A DNA stretch of 39,967 bases, taken from positions 1 to 39,967 of the forward strand of contig JAOPTW010000002.1 of assembly GCA_051532035.1 (NCBI GenBank). Direction: 5' to 3'. The notes under the pieces were generated by a model. The model was not told the DNA's origin and searched no databases. It was given only the letters and a program-made list of their open reading frames with translations. The position numbers and the translations under genes were made by a program. Of the stretch, positions 9,249 to 18,825 are shown piece after piece (positions within the stretch are counted from its first letter, which is position 1; every line of letters starts with the position of its first letter). The DNA comes from Fibrobacterales bacterium (GTDB lineage: Bacteria > Fibrobacterota > Fibrobacteria > Fibrobacterales > JAOPTW01).

Positions 9249-11417
9249 CTATAAAAAATTAAAGTGCTTAAACCCTTCTATAATCCCAGAAGCCGCAGGC
9301 TTACTCGCAAAGAAAATATTTTTACCTTTCCCACTTTTCATATCACCAAGCTCTGGAGAATAGTTACTCACTATTATACCCTTTGTTTGCCCTCGAAACA
9401 TATCCCGATCATTTCCTGAGTCGCCACTTGCCACAACAGAATTATATGAAATCGACCATTTTTGACAAAGGTATCGAATAGCTCGCCCTTTAGAAGCGCG
9501 CTTAGGTATTATATCAAGAAACTGTTCATGAGAGTATATAATATTGAGTTGATACCACATTTTACCAAGGCACGCTTTAAGGTCCTCTTCATTGTATTTG
9601 GTATTATCAACAATATATGAGACTTTCAAAGGCGTCTGCCCCTCTTTCTCTTGCAGTTCAAGCCACTTAACGCCTTTTAATGCCCGAACAATCTCTTCCC
9701 TATCCCAATACTTTGAGATATAACTATGCCACCCTTTGTCATAACTATCTGGATTAAAACCATAATAGATTGCTGTCCCCACAGATCCAATTAACACATC
9801 AGGCGTTGGGAGTTCATATTTTTTAAAAACATCTTGTATCAGAGAGAGGCTTCTTCCTGATGCGACTGCAAATGCAAAGTCAGTCCCTCTATTGTTGATA
9901 GTTTCCTTAATATCGTCAAGCCCAGGGTTCCCATCCTCTTCGAGAAGAAGGGTCCCATCAATATCCGTTACAAACAATTTCTCTGTTTTCATAAGTTTTT
10001 TACTTTTTGCTGCTGAAATGTGAATGTTCTTCAACCCTTTACCCTGAGATGCCTCAAGATTCTCTTGCACAAGCTGAAGATATCTATCAATATGCGCTTT
10101 CCAACTATAGACTTCACGTACTTTAATCACCCCATTGTCGGAACACTGTTTCCAATGAGATTCATTAAAGAGTAGATTCTTAATACCCTTCTGAATTGAA
10201 GCAATGTCAAACGGATCAACTAACTCACCTGCGCCAGTATTTGCAAGAATCTCTGTCGGGCCACCATTTTGAGTAGCAACCACCGGCAAACCACAACTAG
10301 CCGCTTCAAGAATGGTCAAGCCAAAGGGCTCAACAAGAGCCGGATTAACAAAGACCCCTTTATTCATCGCACAGTAACGATAAATTTCTGGAACCTCTTT
10401 ATTTGCATCATGAGATTTTGGAATAGCCAGTCGACCGTAAAGGTCATATTTATCCATCATCAAAAGAATTTCTGTAAGAACTTCTTTTTCACCCTCCGGC
10501 ATCTCTTCAATATCAAGTCTGATTCCTGCAAAAATGGCGAGGTTCGCCATTCCCTTTAATTGTGGGTCAGTTGCGTATGCCTCTAATAATGCATGGAGGT
10601 TTTTCTTCCTATCAGGCCGTGCCAAAGCAAGAATAATAGGTTTCTCTTTATGGGTATAAAATTTTTCAAGCTCTTCTTTAATATGAAACTGCGCTTGTTT
10701 TTGCTCTTCTGAAATATCCGCATTACCCAAGGAGTATTCATAGTAAGGGAAATATTTTTCGACATTAATTCCTGGAGGTATAACCGTATAATTTGAAAGT
10801 TTAAAATTGTTATAATCTTCATAAGATCCAACTTCTTGCTGAGTAGAGGTAACCACAAATTCCGACAAAGCAAGAGTTGCATTTTCGGCTTCAAACCTTT
10901 TCTCAAATTTAAACTTTTTCATAACGAGGTCATGATCGAAACCTTCTTCAATCAACTTCTGGTATTTATGCTTCCCGAGAGAGTGTCCTGTATGAGCAAA
11001 AGGAATATTAAGAAATGTTGAAAGTTCTTTTGCGACGTACCCCGCATCACCATAATGTGAATGTACCCAATCGGGTATTACTTTGTACCGCTTCATATGC
11101 TTAATAGTCTCTGTCACAAACTCATCTAAAAATTCCCAGAGCTGCTCTTTAGGGCGATACTTTTTACCTCCACATTGGATTCGACGAATTTCCAACTTCT
11201 CATTTACATTTTCTACTGCCAAGTTATAGTCCGATGATAATTTTGGATCATCCATACGACGAGTAAAGAGATACACCTTATCAACGTTAGGGTGTTCACT
11301 CAAGGCTTCGGCCATATCCATTACATAGCGAATTTGTCCGCCGTTATCAGCATCTTTTCCAATTTGTAAATCATGACCACGGATAAGGCCATGCATGTTA
11401 ATGAGCATTATTTTCAT
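9249..11417 (-). CDS. sps: Sucrose-phosphate synthase (GT4) fused to HAD-IIB phosphatase domain; mannosylfructose-phosphate synthase not excluded
   Basis: HGLIRG, D.DNGGQ, HSHYGDAG, HTGHSLG, ARPDRKKN, EPFGLTILEA; C-terminal DIDGTL, ASGR, SKG.A, GDSGND. Confidence 0.85.
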   Translation of the reverse strand: MKIMLINMHGLIRGHDLQIGKDADNGGQIRYVMDMAEALSEHPNVDKVYLFTRRMDDPKLSSDYNLAVENVNEKLEIRRIQCGGKKYRPKEQLWEFLDEFVTETIKHMKRYKVIPDWVHSHYGDAGYVAKELSTFLNIPFAHTGHSLGKHKYQKLIEEGFDHDLVMKKFKFEKRFEAENATLALSEFVVTSTQQEVGSYEDYNNFKLSNYTVIPPGINVEKYFPYYEYSLGNADISEEQKQAQFHIKEELEKFYTHKEKPIILALARPDRKKNLHALLEAYATDPQLKGMANLAIFAGIRLDIEEMPEGEKEVLTEILLMMDKYDLYGRLAIPKSHDANKEVPEIYRYCAMNKGVFVNPALVEPFGLTILEAASCGLPVVATQNGGPTEILANTGAGELVDPFDIASIQKGIKNLLFNESHWKQCSDNGVIKVREVYSWKAHIDRYLQLVQENLEASQGKGLKNIHISAAKSKKLMKTEKLFVTDIDGTLLLEEDGNPGLDDIKETINNRGTDFAFAVASGRSLSLIQDVFKKYELPTPDVLIGSVGTAIYYGFNPDSYDKGWHSYISKYWDREEIVRALKGVKWLELQEKEGQTPLKVSYIVDNTKYNEEDLKACLGKMWYQLNIIYSHEQFLDIIPKRASKGRAIRYLCQKWSISYNSVVASGDSGNDRDMFRGQTKGIIVSNYSPELGDMKSGKGKNIFFASKPAASGIIEGFKHFNFL

Positions 11418-11994
11418 GTATGTATTCCTGTAGGAGTATAAGTTGATAGATCAATAGTATCTAGTAGCATAATACCCAAAACTAAAACCAAATAGTTAAG
11501 AACTCGATGTTTGCCATGTTGTGATACACTCTGCGAACAGAACAGATAGGAGTATCCATCAGCTTATTTCATTACTAAGGAATATTATAAATTCCCAATT
11601 TCTTGTCAATTCGCCCAAAAACGACAATTGTGTGTAGAATTTCCAGTAACAGCAACAAAAGAGTACTACAAATTAATACCCACCAAACACTATCTATCTC
11701 CTAAACCAATCAGTTGCTACCTTTCTACAAATTTTGTACATAAACTAAACCGCACCCTATCTCTACACTTATGTACATACCCATTAAAAACAGGAGTATC
11801 TAGGAAAAATTAAATTTCAATTTTAGCATTTTTTTTAAAACCAACCTACAGAGGCCTACTATGGACTCATTACATATATCGGTATATTTCACAATTGACA
11901 ATTCAAAGCCATCTCGCCAGATTAACGACCATATTTAAGGAAGACATCAATTTAATTGTTACATTAAGAAGTGACTTTTCTCCCGTGTATCACC

Positions 11995-13230
11995 ATGATC
12001 GAACACCCTATATATCCTACCGATGCAGATGTTTTTATTCAAAACAGTACCCCTGAGCAACCCATTGAACAGGTTGCACTCTCGTCGGCTCATGGTCGAG
12101 TATTACGGGAAACAATTTATGCTGACCGTGACTACCCCGCATTCAATAGAGTATGCATGGATGGTATTGCAATCCATATCGATGCACTCTCCAAGGGAAT
12201 AACCACTTTTACAATTTCGAGTACTCAGGGGGCAGGAGAGCCCCCGCATATACGAGACACCCTAGAAAGCTGTATTGAAATTATGACCGGCGCCGCCACT
12301 CCTGTAAATTGCAACGCCGTCATTCGCTATGAAAATCTTACTATTACAGGGTCAACAGCAACCCTCAACACGAGTCTTTTGGTCAAAGAGGGACAAAATA
12401 TTCAGCCCAAAGGGTCCGACTACACTCAAGGCGCTGCTCTTATTACTCAAGGCACTATTTTAAATGGTATTCACATAGGAATTCTTGCTTCTGTGGGGGC
12501 TGAAACGGTTGCAGTATCCAAGAAAGTTGCCATAACTATCATATCAACAGGTACAGAACTAATCCCCCTCGGCACCCAACCCAATGAATACCAAGTTCGT
12601 TCATCAAACAACCACACTCTTAACGCCTTTATAGATTCAGAATCATTGGCCACTGCAACAGTCCTCCATGCACCCGATATTAAAGACACCATTACAAAAG
12701 TAATCACGGCAGCCTTAACCAATTCAGACGTCATTATTCTTACGGGTGGCGTTTCAAAAGGTAAATTTGACTATGTCCCCAGTATCTTGAAAAGCCTTGG
12801 TGTCTCACAAACCTTTCACATGGTTAAACAACGTCCAGGCAAACCTCTCTGGTTTGGGGTAGGCCCCGAAAAACAAATGGTCTTCGGTCTTCCTGGAAAT
12901 CCAGTCCCGACTATTATGACCTATCATCGATATATTGCCCCCATGATTAGAAATATGAGTAGCGCCCCTCTTATTACTGCTCCCATGATGGTAGAGGTTG
13001 GCAATGAAATATCATTTGATCCAGCACTCCAATATTTTGTGCCGGTACGTTTAATTCCAAAATCAGATGGAGGATTTACCGCTCTCCCAGTATTTGGCAA
13101 TGGCTCTGGAGATTTTTATGCTCTTGAAGGCAGCGATGGCTTTATTGAACTTACCTGGGAAGAGAAAGTTTTTGAAGAAGGATATCTTGCACCATTCTAT
13201 CCTTGGATCACAAAATCGGGAGGACTATGA
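11995..13230 (+). CDS. moeA: Molybdopterin molybdotransferase
   Basis: GRVL, MDGIA, IMTGA, STGTEL, TGGVSKG..D, PGKP, GLPGNP; ATG 11995 preferred, GTG 11971 is an alternative. Confidence 0.93.
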   Translation: MIEHPIYPTDADVFIQNSTPEQPIEQVALSSAHGRVLRETIYADRDYPAFNRVCMDGIAIHIDALSKGITTFTISSTQGAGEPPHIRDTLESCIEIMTGAATPVNCNAVIRYENLTITGSTATLNTSLLVKEGQNIQPKGSDYTQGAALITQGTILNGIHIGILASVGAETVAVSKKVAITIISTGTELIPLGTQPNEYQVRSSNNHTLNAFIDSESLATATVLHAPDIKDTITKVITAALTNSDVIILTGGVSKGKFDYVPSILKSLGVSQTFHMVKQRPGKPLWFGVGPEKQMVFGLPGNPVPTIMTYHRYIAPMIRNMSSAPLITAPMMVEVGNEISFDPALQYFVPVRLIPKSDGGFTALPVFGNGSGDFYALEGSDGFIELTWEEKVFEEGYLAPFYPWITKSGGL

Positions 13231-14159
13231 TTGATATTCATAACAGATCCATGCGAAAGTTGAGAGTTTCAATTACCGACGCCTGCAACTACCGTTGTTT
13301 TTATTGCATGCCCGAAAACATTACCTTTCAGCCATTTCATTCACTTATGACTGTAGACGATTACCAGAGAGTGATACCCGAACTCATAACTCATGGAATT
13401 GAAGAGATTAAAATTACAGGGGGCGAACCGACTATTCGCAAAGATTTCCAAGAGGTTGTCTCTGTACTGACACAATACCCCAATATAAAATATGGCCTTA
13501 CGACCAATGGTCAGACGCTCCATAAACACCTCACTTTTTTAAAAGAGGCAGGAGTCACCAACCTTAATATAAGTCTTGACACATTAGACCCCCAACAATT
13601 TAGTCGCATAACCAAAAATGGTGATCTCTCTTTGGTTTTGAAAAACATTCTTACCGCACGTGACATGGGATTTACTGTTAAAATAAATTGTGTTGTTTTT
13701 AAAGGGATTAACGATTCTGAAATTTTAGATTTCCACACATTCTCCTCCATAGAAAAAATAGAGGTCCGTTTTTTAGAACTCATGAAAATCGGCAGTGACT
13801 ATAAAAAGAAAGAAGAATACTTTATATCTGCTCAAGAGATGATTGCACACTTAGAGCCTCAGTTTCAATTAACGCGTGAAGCAGTCGAAAAAGATTCCAC
13901 ATCTTTTATTTATTCAACAGATGCCGGTGCCCGTATTGGATTTATTGCATCAGAATCTCAACCATTTTGCGATTCATGTTCTCGACTCAGATTGACTGCA
14001 ACTGGTATACTGCGCAGCTGTTTAATGAGCGAAGAGGGAGCTTCCATACGAAACCTCACGGGTGATGCCCTCACCAATACTATGCAACAAGTCATTGCAA
14101 AAAAACCGACCTCGCGGATTGACCACATAGAACAAGCAATGCACACAATTGGAGGATAA
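13227..14159 (+). CDS. moaA: GTP 3',8-cyclase (radical SAM)
   Basis: LRVSITDACNYRCFYC, TGGEP, FCDSCSRLR..C, C-terminal IGG; ATGA overlap with moeA stop and GGAGG RBS. Confidence 0.95.
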   Translation: MIDIHNRSMRKLRVSITDACNYRCFYCMPENITFQPFHSLMTVDDYQRVIPELITHGIEEIKITGGEPTIRKDFQEVVSVLTQYPNIKYGLTTNGQTLHKHLTFLKEAGVTNLNISLDTLDPQQFSRITKNGDLSLVLKNILTARDMGFTVKINCVVFKGINDSEILDFHTFSSIEKIEVRFLELMKIGSDYKKKEEYFISAQEMIAHLEPQFQLTREAVEKDSTSFIYSTDAGARIGFIASESQPFCDSCSRLRLTATGILRSCLMSEEGASIRNLTGDALTNTMQQVIAKKPTSRIDHIEQAMHTIGG

Positions 14160-14160
14160 A

Positions 14161-14643
14161 ATGGAAACAGAATTAAGTCATATAGACAGTGAGAACAACC
14201 CTTCAATGGTCAATGTATCAGAAAAAACAGTTACTAAACGAATCGCCACTGCAGAAACAACTGTTACCTTCCCCGAAGCTGCCTTTGCACAACTAAAAGG
14301 AGATAGTTTTACCTCCCCCAAAGGTCCTATAAAGGATACCGCTATTATTGCAGGTACTCAAGCGGTAAAAAGAACAAGTGACCTCATCCCTTTTTGTCAT
14401 CCACTTTTAATAGAGGGGATTGCCTTTGAGATTCAGTTTACCAATACCTTCCAGGTAATAATTCAATGCACTGTTTCAATCACTGGTAAAACGGGGGTCG
14501 AGATGGAGGCTTTAACTGGCGCTTCCGTAGCTGCTCTCACTATCTATGATATGTGTAAAGCGTTAACTCATGATATTATCATTTCAAACACTCGCTTAAT
14601 TTCAAAGTCAGGAGGTAAAAGTGACATCAACCTGCGGCATTGA
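14161..14643 (+). CDS. moaC: Cyclic pyranopterin monophosphate synthase
   Basis: LIPFCHP, TGVEMEAL, YDMCKA, KSGGK; GGAGG before ATG 14161. Confidence 0.95.
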   Translation: METELSHIDSENNPSMVNVSEKTVTKRIATAETTVTFPEAAFAQLKGDSFTSPKGPIKDTAIIAGTQAVKRTSDLIPFCHPLLIEGIAFEIQFTNTFQVIIQCTVSITGKTGVEMEALTGASVAALTIYDMCKALTHDIIISNTRLISKSGGKSDINLRH

Positions 14644-15778
14644 TAAATCGAATAAGAGCAAAAAAAGGAGAGATCTTTTTCATCCATTTGAGATTCTTTT
14701 TTGTGGATATTCAGGATCGGGTAAAACAACATTGATCTCTACCCTGATCTCTCATTTTTTTAAAGAGAGAACCATTGGATATGTAAAACACGACGCACAT
14801 ACGTTTGATGTTGATCACCCAGGGAAAGATACCCATAAAGCTACAACTGCAGGCGCTTCACAAGTACTTATCCAAAACAAAGACTCCTTTGCCCTGATGG
14901 GGTCTACCACCTCATTTAATCATTTTAATCAAGTACAATCCCTTATTCAAAATGACTGGGTTTTCATTGAAGGCTTTAAAGAAAGTACTGCACCTAAAAT
15001 TGTAGTCATTGATAGTAAACAAACAATTATCTCTTCCATTGAGAATGGTTCAATATCTAATGTTATTGCCATAATCTACCCTGACTCGCCCGTTACCTTT
15101 AACACAAAATCACTCAAAGAAATACCTCAATACTCTCGTGATGACATTGGCAATATCAAGAAGATGATTTCCAACTATATGTACTCTCGCGCTACAGAGT
15201 GCAATCTCAACGGCCTTGTATTAACCGGTGGGAAAAGTAGTCGAATGCAACAAGACAAAGGGAATCTTAACTACCATGGGGTCCCTCAGCAAGAATACCT
15301 CTATTCAATACTCTCCTCCATTTGTCACAACACCTTTCTTTCTGTCGCTCACTCAACAGATACGGCTGAGAATCAGCTACCAGAACTTGTCGACACTTTT
15401 ACCGACATGGGGCCATTGGGTGGCATACTCACTGCGCTCAGAGAACATCGTACCAATGCATTTCTCACTATAGCGTGCGACCTCCCCTATTTGAATAGCG
15501 AAACAATCGAATACCTTATTAAAAATCGCAACCCATTCAAGGCTGCGACGACATTCATAAGCCAAGAGTCAGGATTCCCCGAACCTCTTTGCACGATCTA
15601 TGAACCCAAATTTTATCAAATTGCTCTTCAATTTGCAGGACTTGGTTACGCATGCCCCAGGAAAGTACTTATCAACTCTGCAGTTGAAAATCTCACACTC
15701 AAAGATAGCGAACCACTCTTTAATGCAAACACCCCTGAAGAGCGCGATGCTGTAATAAAAAAACTTAACAAGAGATAA
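14621..15778 (+). CDS. mobAB: MobB-MobA fusion (molybdenum cofactor guanylyltransferase)
   Basis: N-terminal P-loop GYSGSGKTT, KHDAH..D.PGKD, EGFK (MobB); C-terminal LTGGKSSRM..DK, GPLGG, CDLP, EPL, NANTP (MobA); start codon uncertain. Confidence 0.88.
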   Translation: MTSTCGIDKSNKSKKRRDLFHPFEILFCGYSGSGKTTLISTLISHFFKERTIGYVKHDAHTFDVDHPGKDTHKATTAGASQVLIQNKDSFALMGSTTSFNHFNQVQSLIQNDWVFIEGFKESTAPKIVVIDSKQTIISSIENGSISNVIAIIYPDSPVTFNTKSLKEIPQYSRDDIGNIKKMISNYMYSRATECNLNGLVLTGGKSSRMQQDKGNLNYHGVPQQEYLYSILSSICHNTFLSVAHSTDTAENQLPELVDTFTDMGPLGGILTALREHRTNAFLTIACDLPYLNSETIEYLIKNRNPFKAATTFISQESGFPEPLCTIYEPKFYQIALQFAGLGYACPRKVLINSAVENLTLKDSEPLFNANTPEERDAVIKKLNKR

Positions 15779-15781
15779 CCC

Positions 15782-16024
15782 ATGATCACCGTAAGCATCA
15801 ACTACTTTGCGCTTCTTAAAAATGCAACCAACAAAACTGACGAAACTCTTTCTGGCGGCTTTGTAAATACCACCGAATTATTTGAATTCATAAAAGAGAA
15901 GTATTCATTTGAATTTCCTCTCGACATGTTTAGAGTTGCATTAAATGATGATTTTGTTGAACATGGCACTACAATAACCACCGGAGATAAAATCGTCTTC
16001 ATTCCCCCCGTCTGTGGAGGTTAA
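15782..16024 (+). CDS. moaD: Molybdopterin synthase sulfur carrier subunit
   Basis: YFA.L, VALN, C-terminal PPVCGG. Confidence 0.92.
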   Translation: MITVSINYFALLKNATNKTDETLSGGFVNTTELFEFIKEKYSFEFPLDMFRVALNDDFVEHGTTITTGDKIVFIPPVCGG

Positions 16025-16025
16025 C

Positions 16026-16448
16026 ATGTTTCGAATTATTGATACCCCCTTAAAACCATCTGAACTTCAAGAACAATGCCGTAATCCTAAAAGCGGAGCC
16101 TTCACATCCTTTGAAGGATGGATTCGCGATCATAACGATGGTAAAGAAGTACTCAGGCTTGAGTATGAATCTTACAAAGAACTTGCCGAGAAAGAGGGAA
16201 ACCGTATTATAAACGAGGCAATAGAAACATTTGGTATTCATTCAGCCTATTGTGATCACCGTGTTGGAAAGCTTGAGATAGGTGGAATTGCCGTTTGGGT
16301 TGGGGTCAATGCAGCGCACAGGGGCGAAGCGTTTGATGCATGCCGTTATATAATTGATAATGTAAAAAAGAGAGTGCCCATATGGAAAAATGAGCACTAT
16401 ACTGATGGTTCTACCGAGTGGGTTGTCTGTACACACCACTCACATTAA
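16026..16448 (+). CDS. moaE: Molybdopterin synthase catalytic subunit
   Basis: GA...FEG.IR, LEYE.Y, HRVG.L, HR.EAF, PIWK.E; ATG 16026 follows GGAGG. Confidence 0.94.
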   Translation: MFRIIDTPLKPSELQEQCRNPKSGAFTSFEGWIRDHNDGKEVLRLEYESYKELAEKEGNRIINEAIETFGIHSAYCDHRVGKLEIGGIAVWVGVNAAHRGEAFDACRYIIDNVKKRVPIWKNEHYTDGSTEWVVCTHHSH

Positions 16449-16455
16449 ATTTCCT

Positions 16456-16785
16456 TTACATGTTTAGGTAAATAACTCCAGACTCCTCTTTCACGCCGAA
16501 TGTCTCTACATCTGCAATTGAGCCTTCTCCAGTATATTTACCTGTTTTAAGGTCAAAGGTTGCCTTGTGAAGCGGGCACGCTACTTTGGGTTCACCTGCA
16601 CTATCTCCGGTAATCCCCCTCGACAACACCGATGAACTGTCATGGGGGCAGGTATTTTGAATCGCATACCATTCTGTTTTACTTTTCATATTAAATATTG
16701 CAATATGTTTTCCGTCCAATTTTACACATTCACCACCATCTAAGGTGAAGTCTTCTGCAGGGGCAACTTCGGTCCAAGCCATCAT
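16456..16785 (-). CDS. nirD: Nitrite reductase small subunit (Rieske-like)
   Basis: IAIF, N.CPH...VLSRG..GD..GEPKVACPLHK..F.L.TG. Confidence 0.9.
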   Translation of the reverse strand: MMAWTEVAPAEDFTLDGGECVKLDGKHIAIFNMKSKTEWYAIQNTCPHDSSSVLSRGITGDSAGEPKVACPLHKATFDLKTGKYTGEGSIADVETFGVKEESGVIYLNM

Positions 16786-16845
16786 CTATCCTTTTAAAGT
16801 ACAAGTACAACTGGATTACCAGTTATTATTCCAGTTATTAGTATA

Positions 16846-16862
16846 TGCAATATTCAAGCCAA
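16846..16862 (-). promoter_or_regulatory. sigma54 (-24/-12) promoter for nirD
   Basis: Minus strand TTGGCTTGAATATTGCA = GG-N10-GC, about 60 nt upstream of nirD. Confidence 0.78.
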
Positions 16863-16925
16863 CTCACTTTAAGATTGTTTAATCCAATTTGGGAGAGCTT
16901 AGACACGTTATTGTTTCTCCTTTTG

Positions 16926-16950
16926 TGTCGATCGACATTTTTGTCTGACA
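16926..16950. promoter_or_regulatory. Candidate enhancer-binding-protein sites shared by the two sigma54 promoters
   Basis: Chained palindromes TGTC-GATC-GACA-TTTT-TGTC-T-GACA lying between the two promoters. Confidence 0.5.
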
Positions 16951-17040
16951 CATTTTCGTAGATTTTTTATTCCAACTACAGATTTCGTCATCAATGAGCA
17001 GTGTTCATCAATATTTTAACGTTTACAACTTTGGATATTC

Positions 17041-17057
17041 TTGGCACACATTATGCT
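17041..17057 (+). promoter_or_regulatory. sigma54 (-24/-12) promoter for the FeS/DmsC - nitrate reductase - nirB operon
   Basis: TTGGCACACATTATGCT = TGGCAC-N5-ATGC with exact GG-N10-GC spacing. Confidence 0.82.
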
Positions 17058-17175
17058 CTAAATGTAGCCAGGAAAGTAAATACGGATACAAAATCATCAT
17101 ATTAATAACTAGTGAAGGTACTCTCAACACCACACTAGAATAATACAGACTTAACTCATACAATGGCTGGAACCA

Positions 17176-18825
17176 ATGAGTACCAATACACTCGATTTAA
17201 TTAATGAAGTTTTAGAAGAACAACAAACCCTCACAGCGGTTGATCGTTTTTCACAAAAACATGCGACATCAACAACCCCATCTCTGAGCGATCTCTATCA
17301 AGAGCTTCTCCCTATTGAAAAACCTAAAGCAGGCCAACAATACGCATTTAAAGTTAATCTTGATAATTGTTCTGGCTGTAAATCGTGTGTTGCGGCATGC
17401 CACTCTTTGAATGGTCTTCACGAAGAGGAATCATTTAGAGTTGCCGGCACTATACATGGAGGCAATCCTGTTGAGCCGTATCTTCAAACAGTAACCTCCG
17501 CATGTCACCACTGTGTTGAGCCTGCGTGCCTTAAAGGCTGCCCTACACAAGCCTATGAAAAAGACCCAGTAACAGGTATTGTCAAACACCTTGATGATCA
17601 GTGTATCGGATGTCAATACTGCACTCTAATGTGCCCCTACGATGTACCAAAGTTTAATGCAAAACTTGGTATTGTAAGAAAATGCGATATGTGCGTCCAA
17701 CGCCTCACCGACGGCGAAGCTCCTGCATGCGCACAATCATGCCCAACACAAGCTATTACTATAACGGTTGTGGATACCAAAGAAGCGGTAACTCTTGGTA
17801 AAAAAGGGGATTTTCTTTCTGGCGCCCCCACTCCAGAAATAACCAAACCTACAACACAGTATGTTACTAATAAGCCGATACCAACGAACAGTATTGCCGG
17901 TGACTACTATGATGTTCAACTGCAGCATGCACATTTCTCACTCATATTTTTACTCGTATTTTCTCAACTTTCTGTTGGGATGCTTGGGAGCTATCTCATA
18001 AGTGGTCATGTCGGTCAAAGCAGTGAGGCTATAGATATTATTGTACTTCTTGGCACCTTTGGTATGGGAATACTCGCCATGGCCCTCAGCATGTTTCATC
18101 TCGGTAGACCTACCCAAGCCTGGAGAGCAATTCTTGGACTTAAAACATCATGGATGAGTCGTGAGGTTTTTATGTTAGGCAACTACATGGGAGCACTTGC
18201 TACCGGAATTACTATAAAAGTAATTGACTATTTCGGTATTCAAATCCCGTTCTACAGTATGGTCCAACCAACAGTGTCAGCACTTCCGATACTCGAAATA
18301 GCATTTCTCTTCGGTCTTGGTGCAGTACTCAGTTCTGCAATGATATATGTCGCAACAAAACGCCCCTTCTGGAGAGCAAACCAGACCCTTCCAAAGTTTT
18401 TCTTAACCACCCTCACCCTTGGTCCTATTGGATGTTCACTTGCATACATACTCACCGGGTCAGCACCAACAATACTCCCCGTAATACTTCTTATTACCAT
18501 TATTACGGGAACGCTTAAACTAGCATGGGAATTCTCTGTATTATTAAGTCTTAAAGAGAAGGACCTCTCTCCTATGAAACGAGCCGCAATACTCCTTGCG
18601 GGTAAACTCAAATTTGTCGGCATTACTCGCATGACCTTTGGTGCTGCGGGCCTCATTCTCTTTCCATTTTTATCCATTCAAATACTTTCATCAGGAAATG
18701 ACCTCAACGGTGCACTCTTTTTTCTTGTCCTTGCCGTTCTATCCGGAACAGTAGGAGAGATAATTGAGCGATTTGCCTTCTTTGCTGCGGTCGATAAACC
18801 ACGTATGCCTCGGGAGATGTTCTAA
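17176..18825 (+). CDS. Fusion of DmsB/NrfC-like 4x[4Fe-4S] domain and DmsC-like multi-pass membrane anchor
   Basis: CSGCKSCVAAC, CHHCVEPAC..GCP, CIGCQYC..MCP, CDMC..PACAQSCP; then about 8 hydrophobic segments with HLGRP and SWMSRE. Confidence 0.88.
   Translation: MSTNTLDLINEVLEEQQTLTAVDRFSQKHATSTTPSLSDLYQELLPIEKPKAGQQYAFKVNLDNCSGCKSCVAACHSLNGLHEEESFRVAGTIHGGNPVEPYLQTVTSACHHCVEPACLKGCPTQAYEKDPVTGIVKHLDDQCIGCQYCTLMCPYDVPKFNAKLGIVRKCDMCVQRLTDGEAPACAQSCPTQAITITVVDTKEAVTLGKKGDFLSGAPTPEITKPTTQYVTNKPIPTNSIAGDYYDVQLQHAHFSLIFLLVFSQLSVGMLGSYLISGHVGQSSEAIDIIVLLGTFGMGILAMALSMFHLGRPTQAWRAILGLKTSWMSREVFMLGNYMGALATGITIKVIDYFGIQIPFYSMVQPTVSALPILEIAFLFGLGAVLSSAMIYVATKRPFWRANQTLPKFFLTTLTLGPIGCSLAYILTGSAPTILPVILLITIITGTLKLAWEFSVLLSLKEKDLSPMKRAAILLAGKLKFVGITRMTFGAAGLILFPFLSIQILSSGNDLNGALFFLVLAVLSGTVGEIIERFAFFAAVDKPRMPREMF

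Noticed and set aside
11443..11454. FNR-like TTGAT..ATCAA upstream of sps
   Set aside because: Spacer is 2 nt instead of 4
11873..11888. ModE box or Moco riboswitch upstream of moeA
   Set aside because: Only half-site-like text (ATCGGTATAT) with no properly spaced partner; no Moco RNA conserved elements seen
17068..17175. ANTAR (NasR/NasT) dual-hairpin leader; shared TCATAC..ATGGCTGG text with the region before nirB
   Set aside because: No convincing pair of hexaloop hairpins or terminator; the short similarity could be chance
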